Positions 37,905 to 51,700 of a stretch of 64,000 nucleotides of DNA are shown in pieces; the first letter of the stretch is position 1; each line of letters opens with the position of its first letter. The notes below the pieces were generated by a model, which ran no database searches, was not told the DNA's origin, and worked only from the letters and a program-made list of their open reading frames with translations. Origin of the DNA: Anthoceros angustus (Eukaryota; Plantae; Anthocerotophyta); the NCBI GenBank assembly GCA_010909165.1, contig VJWM01000044.1:62001-126000 (forward strand), given 5' to 3'. The position numbers and the translations under genes are program-made.

Positions 37905-39860
37905 TCAGTTGGGTGAGGGGACCATGTGCTTCATCTCAGCCATCTGATTCCGGAACTCGCTGTCCATAGATCCTAATTTTTCTTCCAAGTGTCGTATAAT
38001 AACCTTTGACTGCCTCAACTGGTCAGGGCTTCGTACCTTATTCTCCTTGTGGTGGGCATTTGATAGAATCGAATATTGGTATCTGAGAGAATCCTCCTGA
38101 ACTGTATCCTGGTCCTGGTCCTTGACCACGGCAGCCAGATGCTTACTCAGCCTTTCCAAGGCATCCTCTCGTTGCCTGAGCTCGTACTCCATCTCCGTAA
38201 CTTGCTCCTTTAGACTGCTTTGTTGCAATCTGTCCATTTCCTTCTCTTGAGCTGCCGCGTCCAGCAGCCTTCTGGCTTCACTCAGTTCGTGTGTCAGCTT
38301 GGAGCAGCTATCAGTTTTCTCTTGAACAGACCGCTGATAACTTTGGAGCTGGCGATGCAGGCCTGCTGCCTCCTCCTCTTTAGTCTGTGCAAACTGTAGT
38401 GCTTCTTGGTTGATGGTGACCAGCTCCTTTATCCTTACCTTGTGCCCCTCAGTCTGTTTTACTACATCCCGAAGCTTTTGCAGCAGGTCAAACTTTTCCA
38501 TCACAGTTGCGTCGGTTTCACTCTGAATAGCATGCATCCTTCTCTTCAACTCCTGCAGTTGAGAGTCCTTGTCTGCCACCATGCGCTCTAAGCCAGAAAT
38601 TTTCAGCTCGTTCTTTGCAAGCTCCTGCTCTATACCCTTAGCGGAAGCAAGTTTGGCTTCCTTCAGCTGTATCTCCACGGAAGCTTGTAGGCCTTTGTAC
38701 TGAGACCTTAAATCTGCCAGCTCTGTTTCTACCTTTGTAAACTCCACTGCTATTTGGGAGTTCAGCTCCTGAGCAAACTTCAGTGTGTTCTCCTTTCTCT
38801 GCATCTCCTCGGCATGCTGTTGAAGGGCTCTCTCCAGGTCTTTCCTTGCAGTCTGTAGCTCCTGTTGCAGGTTCAGAATATGTTGATCAGTCATGCCCGG
38901 CTGAACCCGTAGCAACGGCCTCCCACTGTGATAGTCTTTCAATTCAGCTACAGCTGTCTGCAGGATCGCAACCCATGGTGGCATAGCAGCAGCTTCTTCC
39001 CTCAAGTCCCCTTGGACAGTCTTGCTGAGTACAGCCAGCTGATGGGTCAGTTCCATGAAGAGTCGAATAACAACGCCGAGAACTCCGAGCTTGCTTACCT
39101 CGTCCTCCCCAAAGTAAACTTGGGGCTTTCGGGGACTACCTTGTTGCATTTGAAAGGTCGACAACAGCTGACCAACGAGAACAGTAACAAAATCCAATTC
39201 CCCACTACTGGATGTCAAAGATAGGATTTCTGACACGCCTGCTCCTTGAGAGTAGAGGGCATGCAAGCAGCTTGCTGCATCAGACAATTTGTCGGGAGCA
39301 TCATCAAGAATGTCAGTCGTCACCTGCTCTTGAGTTGCTACTCTAAGTTCTCCCTCCAATCTGCTCACTTCGGCCCTGAGCATCTGAGCTTCCGTTTGCC
39401 AGTTCAGCTCCACCTGCTCTTCAGCCACTTCAGAAACAAATGTCACTTGTCTTTCTAACTTCTTCATCGGAAACTTCCCCTCCTCATTCCCTGCCCTCCT
39501 GTCTTCAAAAATCTTGGACTGGTAGAAAGAACTATACTGCAGAAGCGAATCCGTGCTCTGAACATACATAGTTTTAGTTGTCTGCTCAGAAGAACCAAAT
39601 GCCGTGTTCACCACTTTGGCATGCAGAGTGTCATCAAAGAAAACCTTTTGAGTCTCCACCATCAGCAACCTCCTCTCCAGCTCCTCCAAGGCGTATCTCA
39701 TGGAAAGCCAAGCTCTTTCTTGCTCCTCTGCGATAGAAAGCAGCTCTACCTTGGCCATCTTCACGGTTTCTTGCTGGTGTTCCGCAGCTGAAAAACCTGG
39801 TTGTTCCAGGATTTGCAAGACACTTGGAAACTCCATAACCAGCTCTTTCGCAATGGCCAT
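37905..39860 (-). CDS. Long coiled-coil protein of unknown function (651-aa exon; further 5' exons may lie at 39900-40600)
   Basis: Uninterrupted 651-aa ORF, E/Q/L/K-rich with heptad character; no enzymatic motif recognised. Confidence 0.7.
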   Translation of the reverse strand: MAIAKELVMEFPSVLQILEQPGFSAAEHQQETVKMAKVELLSIAEEQERAWLSMRYALEELERRLLMVETQKVFFDDTLHAKVVNTAFGSSEQTTKTMYVQSTDSLLQYSSFYQSKIFEDRRAGNEEGKFPMKKLERQVTFVSEVAEEQVELNWQTEAQMLRAEVSRLEGELRVATQEQVTTDILDDAPDKLSDAASCLHALYSQGAGVSEILSLTSSSGELDFVTVLVGQLLSTFQMQQGSPRKPQVYFGEDEVSKLGVLGVVIRLFMELTHQLAVLSKTVQGDLREEAAAMPPWVAILQTAVAELKDYHSGRPLLRVQPGMTDQHILNLQQELQTARKDLERALQQHAEEMQRKENTLKFAQELNSQIAVEFTKVETELADLRSQYKGLQASVEIQLKEAKLASAKGIEQELAKNELKISGLERMVADKDSQLQELKRRMHAIQSETDATVMEKFDLLQKLRDVVKQTEGHKVRIKELVTINQEALQFAQTKEEEAAGLHRQLQSYQRSVQEKTDSCSKLTHELSEARRLLDAAAQEKEMDRLQQSSLKEQVTEMEYELRQREDALERLSKHLAAVVKDQDQDTVQEDSLRYQYSILSNAHHKENKVRSPDQLRQSKVIIRHLEEKLGSMDSEFRNQMAEMKHMVPSPN

Positions 39861-40699
39861 CGGTGTGACTCTCCTACTCCATTTACATCAATCTTCAACA
39901 CTGCTAAATCGTCCTCAACAAAATCAACCCGATCTGCTAGCCAGATCAATTGTGCACAACTTGAAAGATTAGCCTGTGAGCCCTAGAAGCAACCGCGCCT
40001 GTACTTGGGCAATTCTACAACTCCGCGTCCAAGATGGACACCCATCACATACTGCCACCAATTTGTAGAATTGTACGGATCTGGAACCAGGAGAACTCAT
40101 GGAGAGCACACAATCAAGGATCGAAGCAGATTCTTGAAGTTCATGTCTCCCATATCCACAATCAACTGCTCGGAAGTCGAAACTACTCGCTGCCCAAAGT
40201 GCCCAAAAGATTTCTGGAAAGTGCATCACCTCTGGAACATTGATGAATTTTGGGACAATCTCCAGCTCGCACATTACGCCAACGTCGCAGGATCGGGCAG
40301 CAGCCGTTCATCCATCCCCGTGGAATGCGTCACGCGGTTACAGCTGGTGCGATCAAAATGCAAGCGTGGCAATTCCAGTCCAGCCAGGAAGAATTGGCCA
40401 GAATCCTTCGCAGATCTCAGGCAACAGTCGAGGAAGGCAAACGAAGTAGACGATCGACTCCGGATCACACTCGTCCGAACGAAGTCGAAGAAATTGGAGA
40501 AACGACAGGAGAGGATCTCGGTTGACGGGCCTGTTCGGCAAGGACACAATCCCACTGGCTAAAATGGCGGAATCAGCGCGTGAGCGCAATATTCACTTCC
40601 CGCCAGGGATGCGTCAAGTCGATGTCACGTGGCGGCGTCAAGACGCCTGTGAAGCGAATATTGTGCCAGACCTACTTTCAAAATTAGGTGGACTGCTTT

Positions 40700-43600
40700 T
40701 CCACGGAAAGTAGGATTGATAGAAACTTTATGTACAATGCACTGCATGCCGTGCAATTACATTTTATTCATTTAGCCGTCCTAAGATTAATGCAATAGGC
40801 TAAAAAACAATGAACAAGAAAATGAAATATAGGGCTAGGTAACTAAAAAAGGTACATATAGAAGCTTAATAGGCCTGAAACTCACCAACGTCTTATCTGA
40901 TCCATAAGAGCCTCGGGAGGGCTTGTCTCGAATCAAGAGTTAGACGAGAGGCATTTCATCATTCATCCCAATATTTGATTTGCCCAATTCATAGGGGACT
41001 GTAGGAGCAACCCCATGAAGCTGCTCAAGCCTTGCCTACCCACCCAACATGAAACCATTTCCAAACATAAGGGTTGGTCATAAGAGTCGGAAGCGATAGG
41101 GGTCAGTCCAACTTTGTATGGAGGTTGCGATTCCCAGCCTAGCTCCAGGCTTGGATCCTGGTGGCAAGGCCACCGAATAAATATGTAGGCCGTTTGGCCA
41201 TGACTCAAACAGAATTGTTGGCCTATCTCTCTTCTTCTTATCAATCTTGCGGGGCAAGCACTACTACACAACATATGGTTTTTTAACGCACCCCAAATCA
41301 CGTGGACAAGTCCCGTTATTTTGGTGTTATTAAATAATAACGTCGCACTCGAATATAACGTGCGGGATGGGTATGGTCTATATTTTATGGACTGCATAAT
41401 ATTTAGCGTGCTGCGCCCTCTCGTTATTTCCGGCCTATGTCACCGGGAGCACCCCGTTCACGCCCTTCACACTTTTCGACCACACCGGCCTCTTTGTATC
41501 CGTCTTTGTGCCTGTCCCCGTGCCCGTGCCCATATTGTGCCCGTCCCCATCCACCAGTTCATTCAAACATTGTCATATTGTTCGGGCGCTTACAAAAGCA
41601 TGGGTTGGGTACGCGATCTCTCCTAGGCTGTACCACAGGAACTACCACTGCACCACTCGCACTCCACAAACCAATTCAACATGGAATTTATTCATCTCCA
41701 GACCATGTGCGGTGGGGCATCGCCTTAAAGATAGAGGATTCGATCGAACGTCCCCAGGTAAGACGCGACTTCAAGGGTCAAGCTCCGGTCTCGCCTACAC
41801 GGGTGCCCTTTTCCTACACCGCACCAAGGCACACACACAATTACCCCGAGTGTGGATCAAAATAATGTCACACATTTTCTTACGATAGCTTAATGAGTTT
41901 CCTTGGCTCGCAAGGTCTGGCAACGGCATCGACATTTAGACACATAAGATCTTCATCTGGCATGTCTAATTACAAATTCCAAATTGCCTGCAATTGACAA
42001 GTCCCAAATTTGCCCAATGCCTCTAGAGGTAGCTGCCACAAGAATCTGCCCTAAGAAAGCCTAGGCTCCACCCGCTAGTGAGGCATGCAGGTCCACTACC
42101 ACCATCTGCCGCAATGTCCGCGGCTCAAACAAGAATGCATATGTCTTGCCAGCAATCAGGGCTGAGCCTCTCTGGCTACCAACACAATGGCACGTCTTCA
42201 CAATGGCGAGTGAAGCTCCCAGCACCTCGAACAACTTGCAATACCCAGCGCCCTGGTCCAGGCGTCCACACTTCAGGGACCTCGACCTCATCCGCCCGGA
42301 AGGCTTGCGCACACACATAATCTCCAGCTGGGAGGTGAGGTGCATTCTCCACCGCGATCGGGTGGACACGGTGGTCGGCCTACGGCGTCGATGTGCCTGA
42401 TGGGCGTCTTGGGCGAAGATCCGCCGCCAAGTTCTCGCATCACGGACAAGCCCAACTGCTGGGATGAAGGGGGGCATCGGCGGCATTGGGATTGGCCCCT
42501 CCGAAGCGTTGTTGCTAGAGCTATTTGCCATCTCACATGCTCGCCACGCACTAATCGAAATCGGCGAAGCAAGGCGTCAGAAGCGTAAGTATGCACAATG
42601 CAGAAGTACAAAGGAGAGCTTCTGAAGAAGGCGGGAGCATAAACAGTTCAAATGAAGCGTGTTTTTTGCACCCAACACAGTGTGCATGCGTTGTTGACGT
42701 TTGGTACGCGACAGCGGTTGCTGTACTATACTGTGACTAATGACCGTAGCGGACGTGAGACCCATTCTGGCCACATTAGCCCAGCTAATGCGAGCGTGAA
42801 GACCGTTATGGCCCCTTGTCCAGCCCTGATACACCCACCTCCTTGGCCTACACTTCATTTTTACACCTCACTTGCACACAACCTCGACGCGTTGTGGTTG
42901 GCCATGGATCCTGATGCTCCAGTTCACAATCGGCAGATTTCAAGAGGTCGTTGCGCATGTCCTGATTGCATTGGTGTGGAGTGAGGTTTTGCATCCAGGG
43001 ACACAAGGAGGCCCACATTCACCCTCTATGTCGTTATAGTCCTAGGATTCGTTCCCAAGGGAATGGTTTTGTGTCAAAGTGTTCTAAAACTATGGATTCT
43101 AGTCTTCCTACAAATCAGTTCCTACCCAACCGTGATGAACTACTGCGCTCAATTCCACCACCGTGGTGAGTTCGGCCACCGTCGTGGTGGGTTCGGCCAC
43201 CGCGGAGGCTGATTCAGCCACTGTGGTGGGACCCACCCGACCGGCGCGCCCGCGTCGAGGTCGACTATTTGGCGCCCGGTTCCCCCAGAGCTCACTGGTG
43301 GATGCACTCTATGATCACGCACGCCGCGGCACCTCACTTCGTCGCTGATTCCCTCTGACCTCACCACACAATTTATTCCCAACCTTTCTTAACGTTCCGC
43401 GTTTTCCAGACCCTCGCGCTCACCACTTCCTATTATCTCACAGCCGTTCTAGACTCCTCTTCACACAGCGGCTCACTCACCCACTTTCTCATAGGGCCCT
43501 CATACACCCCCGCGCACAAAATGTTCCCACTGATCCTCCTCTCTTAGGCCACACAGACCCCTCCTTGGGCCACACAGACCCCTCCTCAGGCCACACAGAC

Positions 43601-46600
43601 CTCACCTTGGAATTAGACACAATCTGGTTGGACAGCGGGTTGGGAAGGAAAGAAAAAAAAACAATTGGTCAGCACCAAGGGCGATTCGCACACCCGCGAT
43701 CTCACCCCGGTCCCCTATGGGGATCTTCCCTCCCGGCATGCGTTGAGCACCCCTCACCGTTAGTCACCCCAAAAGAGGAGCTTGGTCACTTAGCTCTCGA
43801 CCATCCAGGGATCTCCCCGGCCCTTTTGTGATGAGAGGACAGCACACCGAATCAGTCCGGGATTGATCGGACGTCTCCAATCAACCTCGCGCGCAGATTC
43901 GACACACGAGAGCTCACACCTGAAATTGTCTAACGAGGGAGACGCGAAGGGGTTTCTTGTACATCCGGCCGTGGAGCGCCATAGCTCACTTTTCTAGTGT
44001 CTAAAAAAAATGGCTAACCTACCACGAGCGCACCTACCAATTTAGGTAACTACAAATTTACAGGCTTTCCTAACACCTTATCCCCTAATCCGAGTGAAAG
44101 CCCCTGACCTATGATACCGCTCCCCTCTAAAATCAGCGCGCTCGCCTCCACTATTGCTGCCTAGCCCTGGGGCCCATGCATGTTCCCCTCGCTCTCCTAC
44201 CACACCTCTGATCCGAAAGATTCTCCCTTAATATCTCCATCTCACTTGCGCTATCCGAGGTCTCTTCACTCCTTCCAGGAGGTGCCGCCCGTCTTCTGCC
44301 CCCGCGCACGTTGCCTCGCTCCTCATCACTGGACAGCCACATAGTGCATTCCTCCCTCCACGCTCTGGCCTCCGCCTCGCTCATTTCCTCGAGTACAACC
44401 TGTGGAGGGTATGCCCCAGCTCCCGTTCGAAGGAAGCCAGTGGCGGTTAGGATGTGCAGCCAGTAGTTTCTGCCCCCTCCTGTCCCAACAACCACATACA
44501 CATTTAGAGTGAGCACCCGCTCACCATGCAGGCAGAAGCTAGGGATATGAGCATCCTCATCCAGACGCCGCAGCACAATACGCTCTTCTGCTAACGAGGT
44601 CCTTACCCTCTCCTCCCGTGGACAATCCTAGGCTGGCTGCTTCCTGGAATCCGAGGGAGTTGCATCCCCTCCTACAGCGCTCTTGACGGTGGCTTCCCCC
44701 ACCTCCCGAGATGAGGGCCAGGGACTCCACCATCGGCTATGAGGCCTCTAGCCAGCTGGTGCTAACTCCAAGTTAGCATAAATGTCTTGTGAAAGTTTGT
44801 GAAATACAAAACTTTGGGCCCTTCATTTTTTTTTTTTTTGGTTAGAGTTGACAAAACTTGGATCAAAACGGACTCGGAAAAGTGCCAAAAGAATTGCTAG
44901 GTATTTCTTTGTGGAAGCTTAGACGCAAGTGAGTGCAAGTAGAGATCTAGGTAGAGGCAAAACCATAGGAAGGCAGTGTTGCAGGTGGGCTGCAACATGG
45001 TGAAGGGATCACAACGGGGTGTGCATCATGACGGCGGAATTTGCAGTGGGGCTGCAAGTCAAAGTGAAGGGAGGCCGTTGTGGTGGCCGCGAGGAGAAAT
45101 GGGTAGCAAGGAGGGTTGATACGAGATGTTGTTGAGGCGTGAGGAGTTCACCGAGGAATAAGTTCAGTGTATTCAAGATGAGTGTTATGCACAAGCCAAT
45201 GGGTGTGCTGGACAATGAAGTGTAATTTCATGTAGTGCCGAGATGGGGCGCCTTTTGTGTGAGGTGTTTCAGCTTATTATATTTGCAGAAGTCCCATGAG
45301 AGCTAATTGGGAGAGTGTTTGAGTAGTGCACCCTACGAGGGGTAGGTGTAGGGGGGTAGGTGTAGGGTGATAGTTGGCCCTACAAGAATGGAGAGGGGCT
45401 CCCTACATGGATAGTTTAAGCCAGTGCGTAGGGTGTCAAAAGCTAGCCCTACATAGATGAGGCGTAGGGTGACAAAGGTGACCCTACATAGGTAGGTCAT
45501 GGGTCCCTACATGTATGTATGTGGGTAGGACGACACCTTGTAGTTAGTAAGTAGGGGGAGCGCTTTATATGTGGAAGGGTAGATAGAACGTAGGGTGGCA
45601 AGAGTGACCGTACATAGATAGAACGTAGAATGGCAAGAGTGATCCTACATAGATGAGGCGTAGGATCATAAGGGTGACCATACATAGATAAGATGTAGGG
45701 TGACAGGGGCTCCCTACGGACGGTAGTTGGCGAGATAGGTAGGTAGGATGAGAGTGTCTCCCTACCGTAGGGAGTGGTGAGGTCTCCTTATCGTAGGGAG
45801 TGGTGAGGTCTCCCTACCGTAGGGAGTGGAGAGCATTCCCTACGTGGGCAGTGGAAGTGGGGCGTGACACTCTACTTGGATACTTGCGAAGCAAACTTTC
45901 CATATTAGGCAGGTTTCAACCTAGGAAGTTGTTAAAAAGGGCTGATCTACATAGATGAGGCGTAGGATCATAAGGGTGACCATACATAGATAAGATGTAG
46001 GGTGACAGGGGCTCCCTACGGACGGTAGTTGGCAAGATAGGTAGGTAGGATGAGAGTGTCTCCCTACCATAGGGAGTGGTGAGGTCTCCCTACCGTAGGG
46101 AGTGGTGAGGTCTCCCTACCGTAGGGAGTGGTGAGGTCTCCCTATGTGGGCAGCGGAAGTGGGGCGCGACACCCTACTTGGATACTTGGGAAGCAAATCA
46201 ACCTAGGAAGTTGTTAAAAAGGGCTGTATATGCAAGGTTGTGGATAAATAGGGTATATTAGGAATAATAGACCATAAATATGTAAGGTAGGTAGTGTAGG
46301 GTGCTTATAACAAGTAGGGCTGCTAAATAGAGGACGGTGGAAATGGTGCCACATGGCAAGGAATCAACAGCCTATATCAAGGAGTTTCACTGTCACTACC
46401 AAAGGGCCATGCAAGCGGGGTGTGTAGGGAGTGGCACCTAGGAAGCCTGCGAGGAATCGCAAGGAAGAGCTTGTGCATGCAAGGGAAAGCTAGAGCAAGG
46501 ACTTGGTGGGAACGCGGTGCCCATGTGTGTGCAAGGAGAAGGAGGTGTGCGTGCATAAGGAGTTGTGTGTGCAAGGAGAAGGAGGTGTGCATGCATAAGG

Positions 46601-46900
46601 AGTTGTGTGTGAAGGGATTTGAAGCACAACTGTGAAGAGGGCAACGGCGCTGATTTTTTTGTGCCTAGGACCTTGCAAGTGAGGGATTTGGGCGCATAAG
46701 GAGCTGTATGTTGTGAGGACATCAAGTTTGAGCTAGGTGGGACTGTGGAGTAAAGAGGAAGTAAGTGGAAAAGGGCTGAAGTTGCTCTCTTGGTGGATTT
46801 TGTGTGGCGAGTGAAGAAATCTCGCAATTGTGTGTAGAAACTGAGGTGACAACTAGGTGGAAACGAGCATGTGGGCGTGCCCAAGCTTGTCTTGTTTGTG
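40700..46900. mobile_element. Degenerate transposon-derived region
   Basis: No host-gene-like exons; broken ORFs and repeat arrays, contiguous with the defined elements downstream. Family not assignable. Confidence 0.45.
45320..46222. repeat. CCCTAC/GTAGGG-rich array with 26-bp palindromic tandem units, partly duplicated (~300 bp)
   Basis: Unit tctccctaccgtagggagtggtgagg repeated at 45757-45830 and 46059-46145; 45641-45942 matches 45943-46222. Confidence 0.85.
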
Positions 46901-47177
46901 CAATTATTTTGAAGGTGCAAGATGGTGAAAGCGCCTGCACCTAAGAAGGGCAAGGTGGTTGCTAGGGAGCCAGGAGAAGAGGTACAGATGCTTGAATTTA
47001 ATTGCTTCCCTGCACAGGTGGAGGCTAGGCACTTGGTAGCATTCAGACAGGTTCTTTGGAGAGCCCAACAAGCGCAATCGGTGTATGATGGGCCTATGTC
47101 GACAGAGATGATAGAGGAATGCTTTATAAACTTCACTATGCCACGGCAGGAACTTGAGGAACTGGAAAATAGGGATG

Positions 47178-48571
47178 TGTGGCGCGACTTTCACCGGACG
47201 GCGCACAATCCCGTGTCGTTGTAAGGAGTTCGTTCCACGAGGAATGGTCTCGTGCTTTTTCGCCTCGAGCTCTGACCTATCACCCGAACGGACTTCATTA
47301 TGTTGGGTCCGGCTCCACAACCCTAAGTGTGCCCTCCACAACTCGTCGGACGACGCCCAACACCGGACCTTCCCACAAACCCGGGTTTCTCCAAGACCAA
47401 AAACAGTTTAGCGGCGCGTTCCTCCATCGATCTACGTACTCTAGCGGCCCGGCGCTCCTCAACTCTGTCCGGCCACAACTCCACCTCAACACACACGCCG
47501 CAACGCGACCCTCCTCTCTTGTCCATCACCAGCTGGTAGTCACAACACCAACACGCCGATGTATTCACACCGCCTTGCCCCTTCCAGGCCCACGCTCGGA
47601 GAAGTAGCTGCGACCTGCGACCACAGCCTCCGGCTCCAGCCTCCAAGGATGGCTTCCGCCAGTCACCCCAAGCGCCTCCTAATCCCTCCGACCGCTTCAC
47701 GTCGCAGAGAAGTGACTCGCACTGCAACTCCACCTCAAAGTTAGTCTCAGACCGAGAATTCACCCATGAGCACCTCCTAAGCTCAGTCCGCCCCCGGTGC
47801 ACCCATCAAGCGTGTTGGCGGGCTCGTCACGAGCTCTAACACATCCTCTACCACCAATTAATCCCGCACGCGACGGGAACTCACTCCGCTCCTCAAGCAC
47901 GAAAGGCAAGAGCACACGGAGCGCGAAGATGGTACCCGGGATAGTCTGCCTGGTCTAGGGCGCCTAGGCCTCCTTATACTTCCCACACCCTAATCTAACC
48001 CACCTATGTATGTACCCTAACCCAGGGTCGTGGTAACCGCCAAGACGTAACTCATCATTCCACCAGACTTCGTCCACCAGCTGCTTCCCCGCCAAGCAGC
48101 AGATCCATTCCAGACTATGCCATCCGGACTAACCCGCCCGGCCAGACCACATCCGGACTAAGTCGCGACAGACTCCATCCGCATTAGGCGCCCGGCCGGA
48201 CTTACTCGTCGCCCTTCGGCGGACTTACTCCATCGAGCGCTCGGCGGACTTACCGTCGAACGCTCCCGGCGGACTTACTCCGTCGAACGCCGCTCGGCCG
48301 GACTCACTCCATCGAACACCGCTCGGTCGGACTTACTCCGTCGAACACCGCTCGGTCGGACTTACTCCGTCGAACGCCGCTCGGCCGGACCACTCCGTCG
48401 GACCCCGCCCGGACGGACCTAGGGTCTAGGGATTGCACACTAGTGCAATCTGGCCAAAACGGCCTTATTGGCTAACTCCTCCCTATCCCTCTTAACAGTA
48501 ACGACCCAAAAAAACAAAACAAGCCTAAGACAAGTCGCCAGGAGTACGGACATCGGATTTGGCACTCCACA
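47178..48571 (-). mobile_element. Solo LTR (1394 bp) with 5-bp target site duplication GGATG
   Basis: Begins TGTGG and ends CCACA; GGATG at 47173-47177 and 48572-48576; internal tandem repeats (ggacttactccgtcgaacgccgctc, ~48190-48400); TATA-like gtataagg on the minus strand near 47975. Confidence 0.9.
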
Positions 48572-48780
48572 GGATGCAAGGACTGATCCAAGGTGCTGGA
48601 CAGCCCAACACATCCGACAGGTATATGGAAGGCCAAATGAGGAGGCTCAAGAGGGGATTGCGATCATGGAGCTTGAAAAGAAGGTTGAGGAGAAAGAAGA
48701 AGAGAAAAAGGAGAATAGGAAGTGTCATGAGCTGCTTGAGAAGGCTATGGACATGTTACAATGCGGGCATAAGTCTAGAG

Positions 48781-51700
48781 CACTACTAGGAAACCATGCC
48801 CTTTACTAACGTCTGTTTTTTAGAGAGATGAGAGAGCGGAGCACCTGTTCGTTTTACTACAGGGCTTTATTTGCCGAATTATTCTCCTGAAGTATACAAC
48901 TAGACTTTACAACATGGGTTGCGGTGTTTTACTACGGTTGGGTTTCGCCGCGACTCAATACGATTACGTGGCAGTGGCGAAAGTCTCTTATTACGAAGGC
49001 AATTTTGGATCACAACAAGATAGAAAACTTTACTACGCAAGTATGGAATTTACTACCTGGAGTTTTACTGGTGGGTTAGTTTTTTCAGGTTTAGAAGTGT
49101 TTTACAGTGAAAGTTTACCTTTTCCTAAGACTCTTATTTACTATCCAGCTATATTTTTTTACTACATGCCTGGATTTACAACGGGTTGTCTTTTACTAAG
49201 TTATCAAAAGCATTACAGCATGGCTTTTTTTGCGAATTTTTAGGGCTTGCCACAAACCCTAATTTGCACACCCTATATATGCTCACACTAATGGGGGTTT
49301 GGGCCAAAACGCGCCTTTATGGCATCCCATAGAAGGCGCATGGTATGTCGTTGCTCGTCCACCCATGTGAGTATCCCGCCACGGGCATCAATTCCAAAGA
49401 TTGAATCTATCTCCGAAGGCAACGCCCACTACCATGAACCGCATGCGGAACTCGAAACTCTTTTGGGGACAGCTGAACAATTCTATGGGCGTCCTCTGCG
49501 CTCACGATGGTGTCGTGGGGTAGTTGACCTCGAACCGCCCATGCGTGATCAAAGGTGGCGGATGGTGGCCTCGCGGCGGTGTATTCCGCCATCCATCTCC
49601 GGAGATCCTGCCGGTACGCATCGATGCTTGTTAATCACAACCACACAGGAAAACCGGAAAAGCATTCACATATGTCGGGACTAATGGCGATTAGGTTTTG
49701 GGGAGTCGCGATCGGGTTGCGAGACATGCGACACCAAGGCGGCCATGGTTAAAGACATGGCGAGGCATCGATGTGCCGCGGCTCATGGCCGAGGCACAAG
49801 CATATCCCTCGGCTCATGGCCATGGCATGCGCAAGTCCTCGCCGCATATGGTCGCCCTTCAGCGCGCCTCTCAAAACAACCCCTGGTACACATGTAGATA
49901 CGCAAGAGGGTGCATCCATGCCAACCGAATCAACAGTGAAAATTGTCGCCATGTGAAGGGAAATTGGGACATGCTCACCGTAATTCGGGCTCCAAACTTG
50001 AGTTCGCAGACGCCAATCGCCGTAATAAATCATGACTCCCAACGATCACGAAGGCGGTGGCCTTCTTATGGCTTGGACCGCCAATGGCTCATCGCCACGT
50101 GTCTTCAGTTAGATAGGCGTTTCAATGCTACATTGAACGGCATGCCGACACGTGGTCTATGCACAGGCGCGTGCTTCTTAGAGAACTCGAGTGGTCAAAT
50201 ACACCAGACTGTGGTCAAAGCTTCACACAGACACATACAATGGCTCCATTAAAAAGAGTTTCCTTCAGTGCCTTATAAGCTGGATTTCCTTTCCTTGGGT
50301 CTCGGGGTTTCCATGGAATATCCCATTTTTACCATGGTCAGATAGTATAGGTTATATTCTAGGATTACCGAGGCCTGAGGACAAGCACTGATAGGGTTCC
50401 TGGGCCTCAAGCGTTGAAAACGGCGAGGCTGATCGATGCCCTTACCATGGCCCGAGGACAAAAAATAATTAAGGTTCCTTGGCCTTGCGTTGAGCGAGCT
50501 GCCCTTTTCCATGGCTCAAGGACAATATAAAACTACATACGTATAAATACAAGCAAACGGAATTCAAACGGCAAGAAAGCGGTGGATGTAGGGATGGTAT
50601 CTGGCGAACTCACCTGTTGCGACCACGTTCCCGCCAAAAACCCCAAAAACCCTAAACGGCAGCGAACCGCGTCGGGTCTACTCGATTGATGTCAGTACCA
50701 CGTTGGTAGAGATAACAGGCCAGCTACAATTGCGGGTTACTGAGGGCACTTGGCGTATAAGCGGCGGGGATTGAAGCCACATCAGCCCTCTTTTGGAGAC
50801 TTTAGGACTTAGGGTAAGGATGCAAGTTTTATAGCGATGCGTTCTTCGCCATTTCAAGCTTCAAGTATGGGCATGCCGTTCTTTCCATTGCTCTTGTTAA
50901 TCACAACCAACCATGGGTCCAGATGCCAAAATCGCAGAAGATCGAGTTGCGCAGAGGCGAACAAGGACACTCGGCGGTGGCGGCGGTGGCAATGGTTGCG
51001 GAGATCTTTGTGGAGGCTGTGGAGGGATGACTGGTCTGGACCCAAAGTTGGTTGCGCTTGACAAGAACCTGGATGTGGCTGCCAATTTACTCGGACCAAC
51101 CCCCCAGAGATTAAAGGGCACCTGGCGGAAGGTTAAAGAATCACGGAAGATGTCTATGTCTGTAGGGAACAGCGAGGATGTAGAGCTCACAAAGAAACGG
51201 GCTTCAAGGAGGCCTGGGGTTTCTCGCGGGCGCGAACGGGGCAATGGGAAAAAAAGGGATGCATCCCAGCGGGTGTCCTTGATGGCAGGTTTAGGTTGCG
51301 ATGGCCATGGAAGAGCGTGGAGTAGCCAAGATGGCGCGAGCAAGCGTGGCCGTGGGTTCTCACATGTTCCAGAGTCGCGGCGGCCCAAAACCCGTGCTGC
51401 CACCGCTAAGGCAAAGGCCGCCGCCGAGTGCTCGAGCTTGAATGATGATGTGGGGCGGAGGCATGGTATGCGGACAAGGTTTCGATGAGGATGCCGTGGA
51501 CGAGGCGTCCGCGTTCGAGGAAGACGCCGAGTCCGATTGACATCGACGAAGAAGGGCGCCGCAAAGTGAAGCAAACAAGCGGATCTATGCCCGGGCGTTA
51601 CGGACGATGTCGATTTCACGTGCATGGGTTCGCGTGGCATCAATCAAGCAACACAACCGTTTCGCAGATGCGACAATAGAGGTTACCTCGTCGGCAACCA

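Noticed and set aside
45757-48400. CRISPR-like short palindromic repeats
   Set aside because: Units are directly tandem without unique spacers; eukaryotic TE context; no cas genes.
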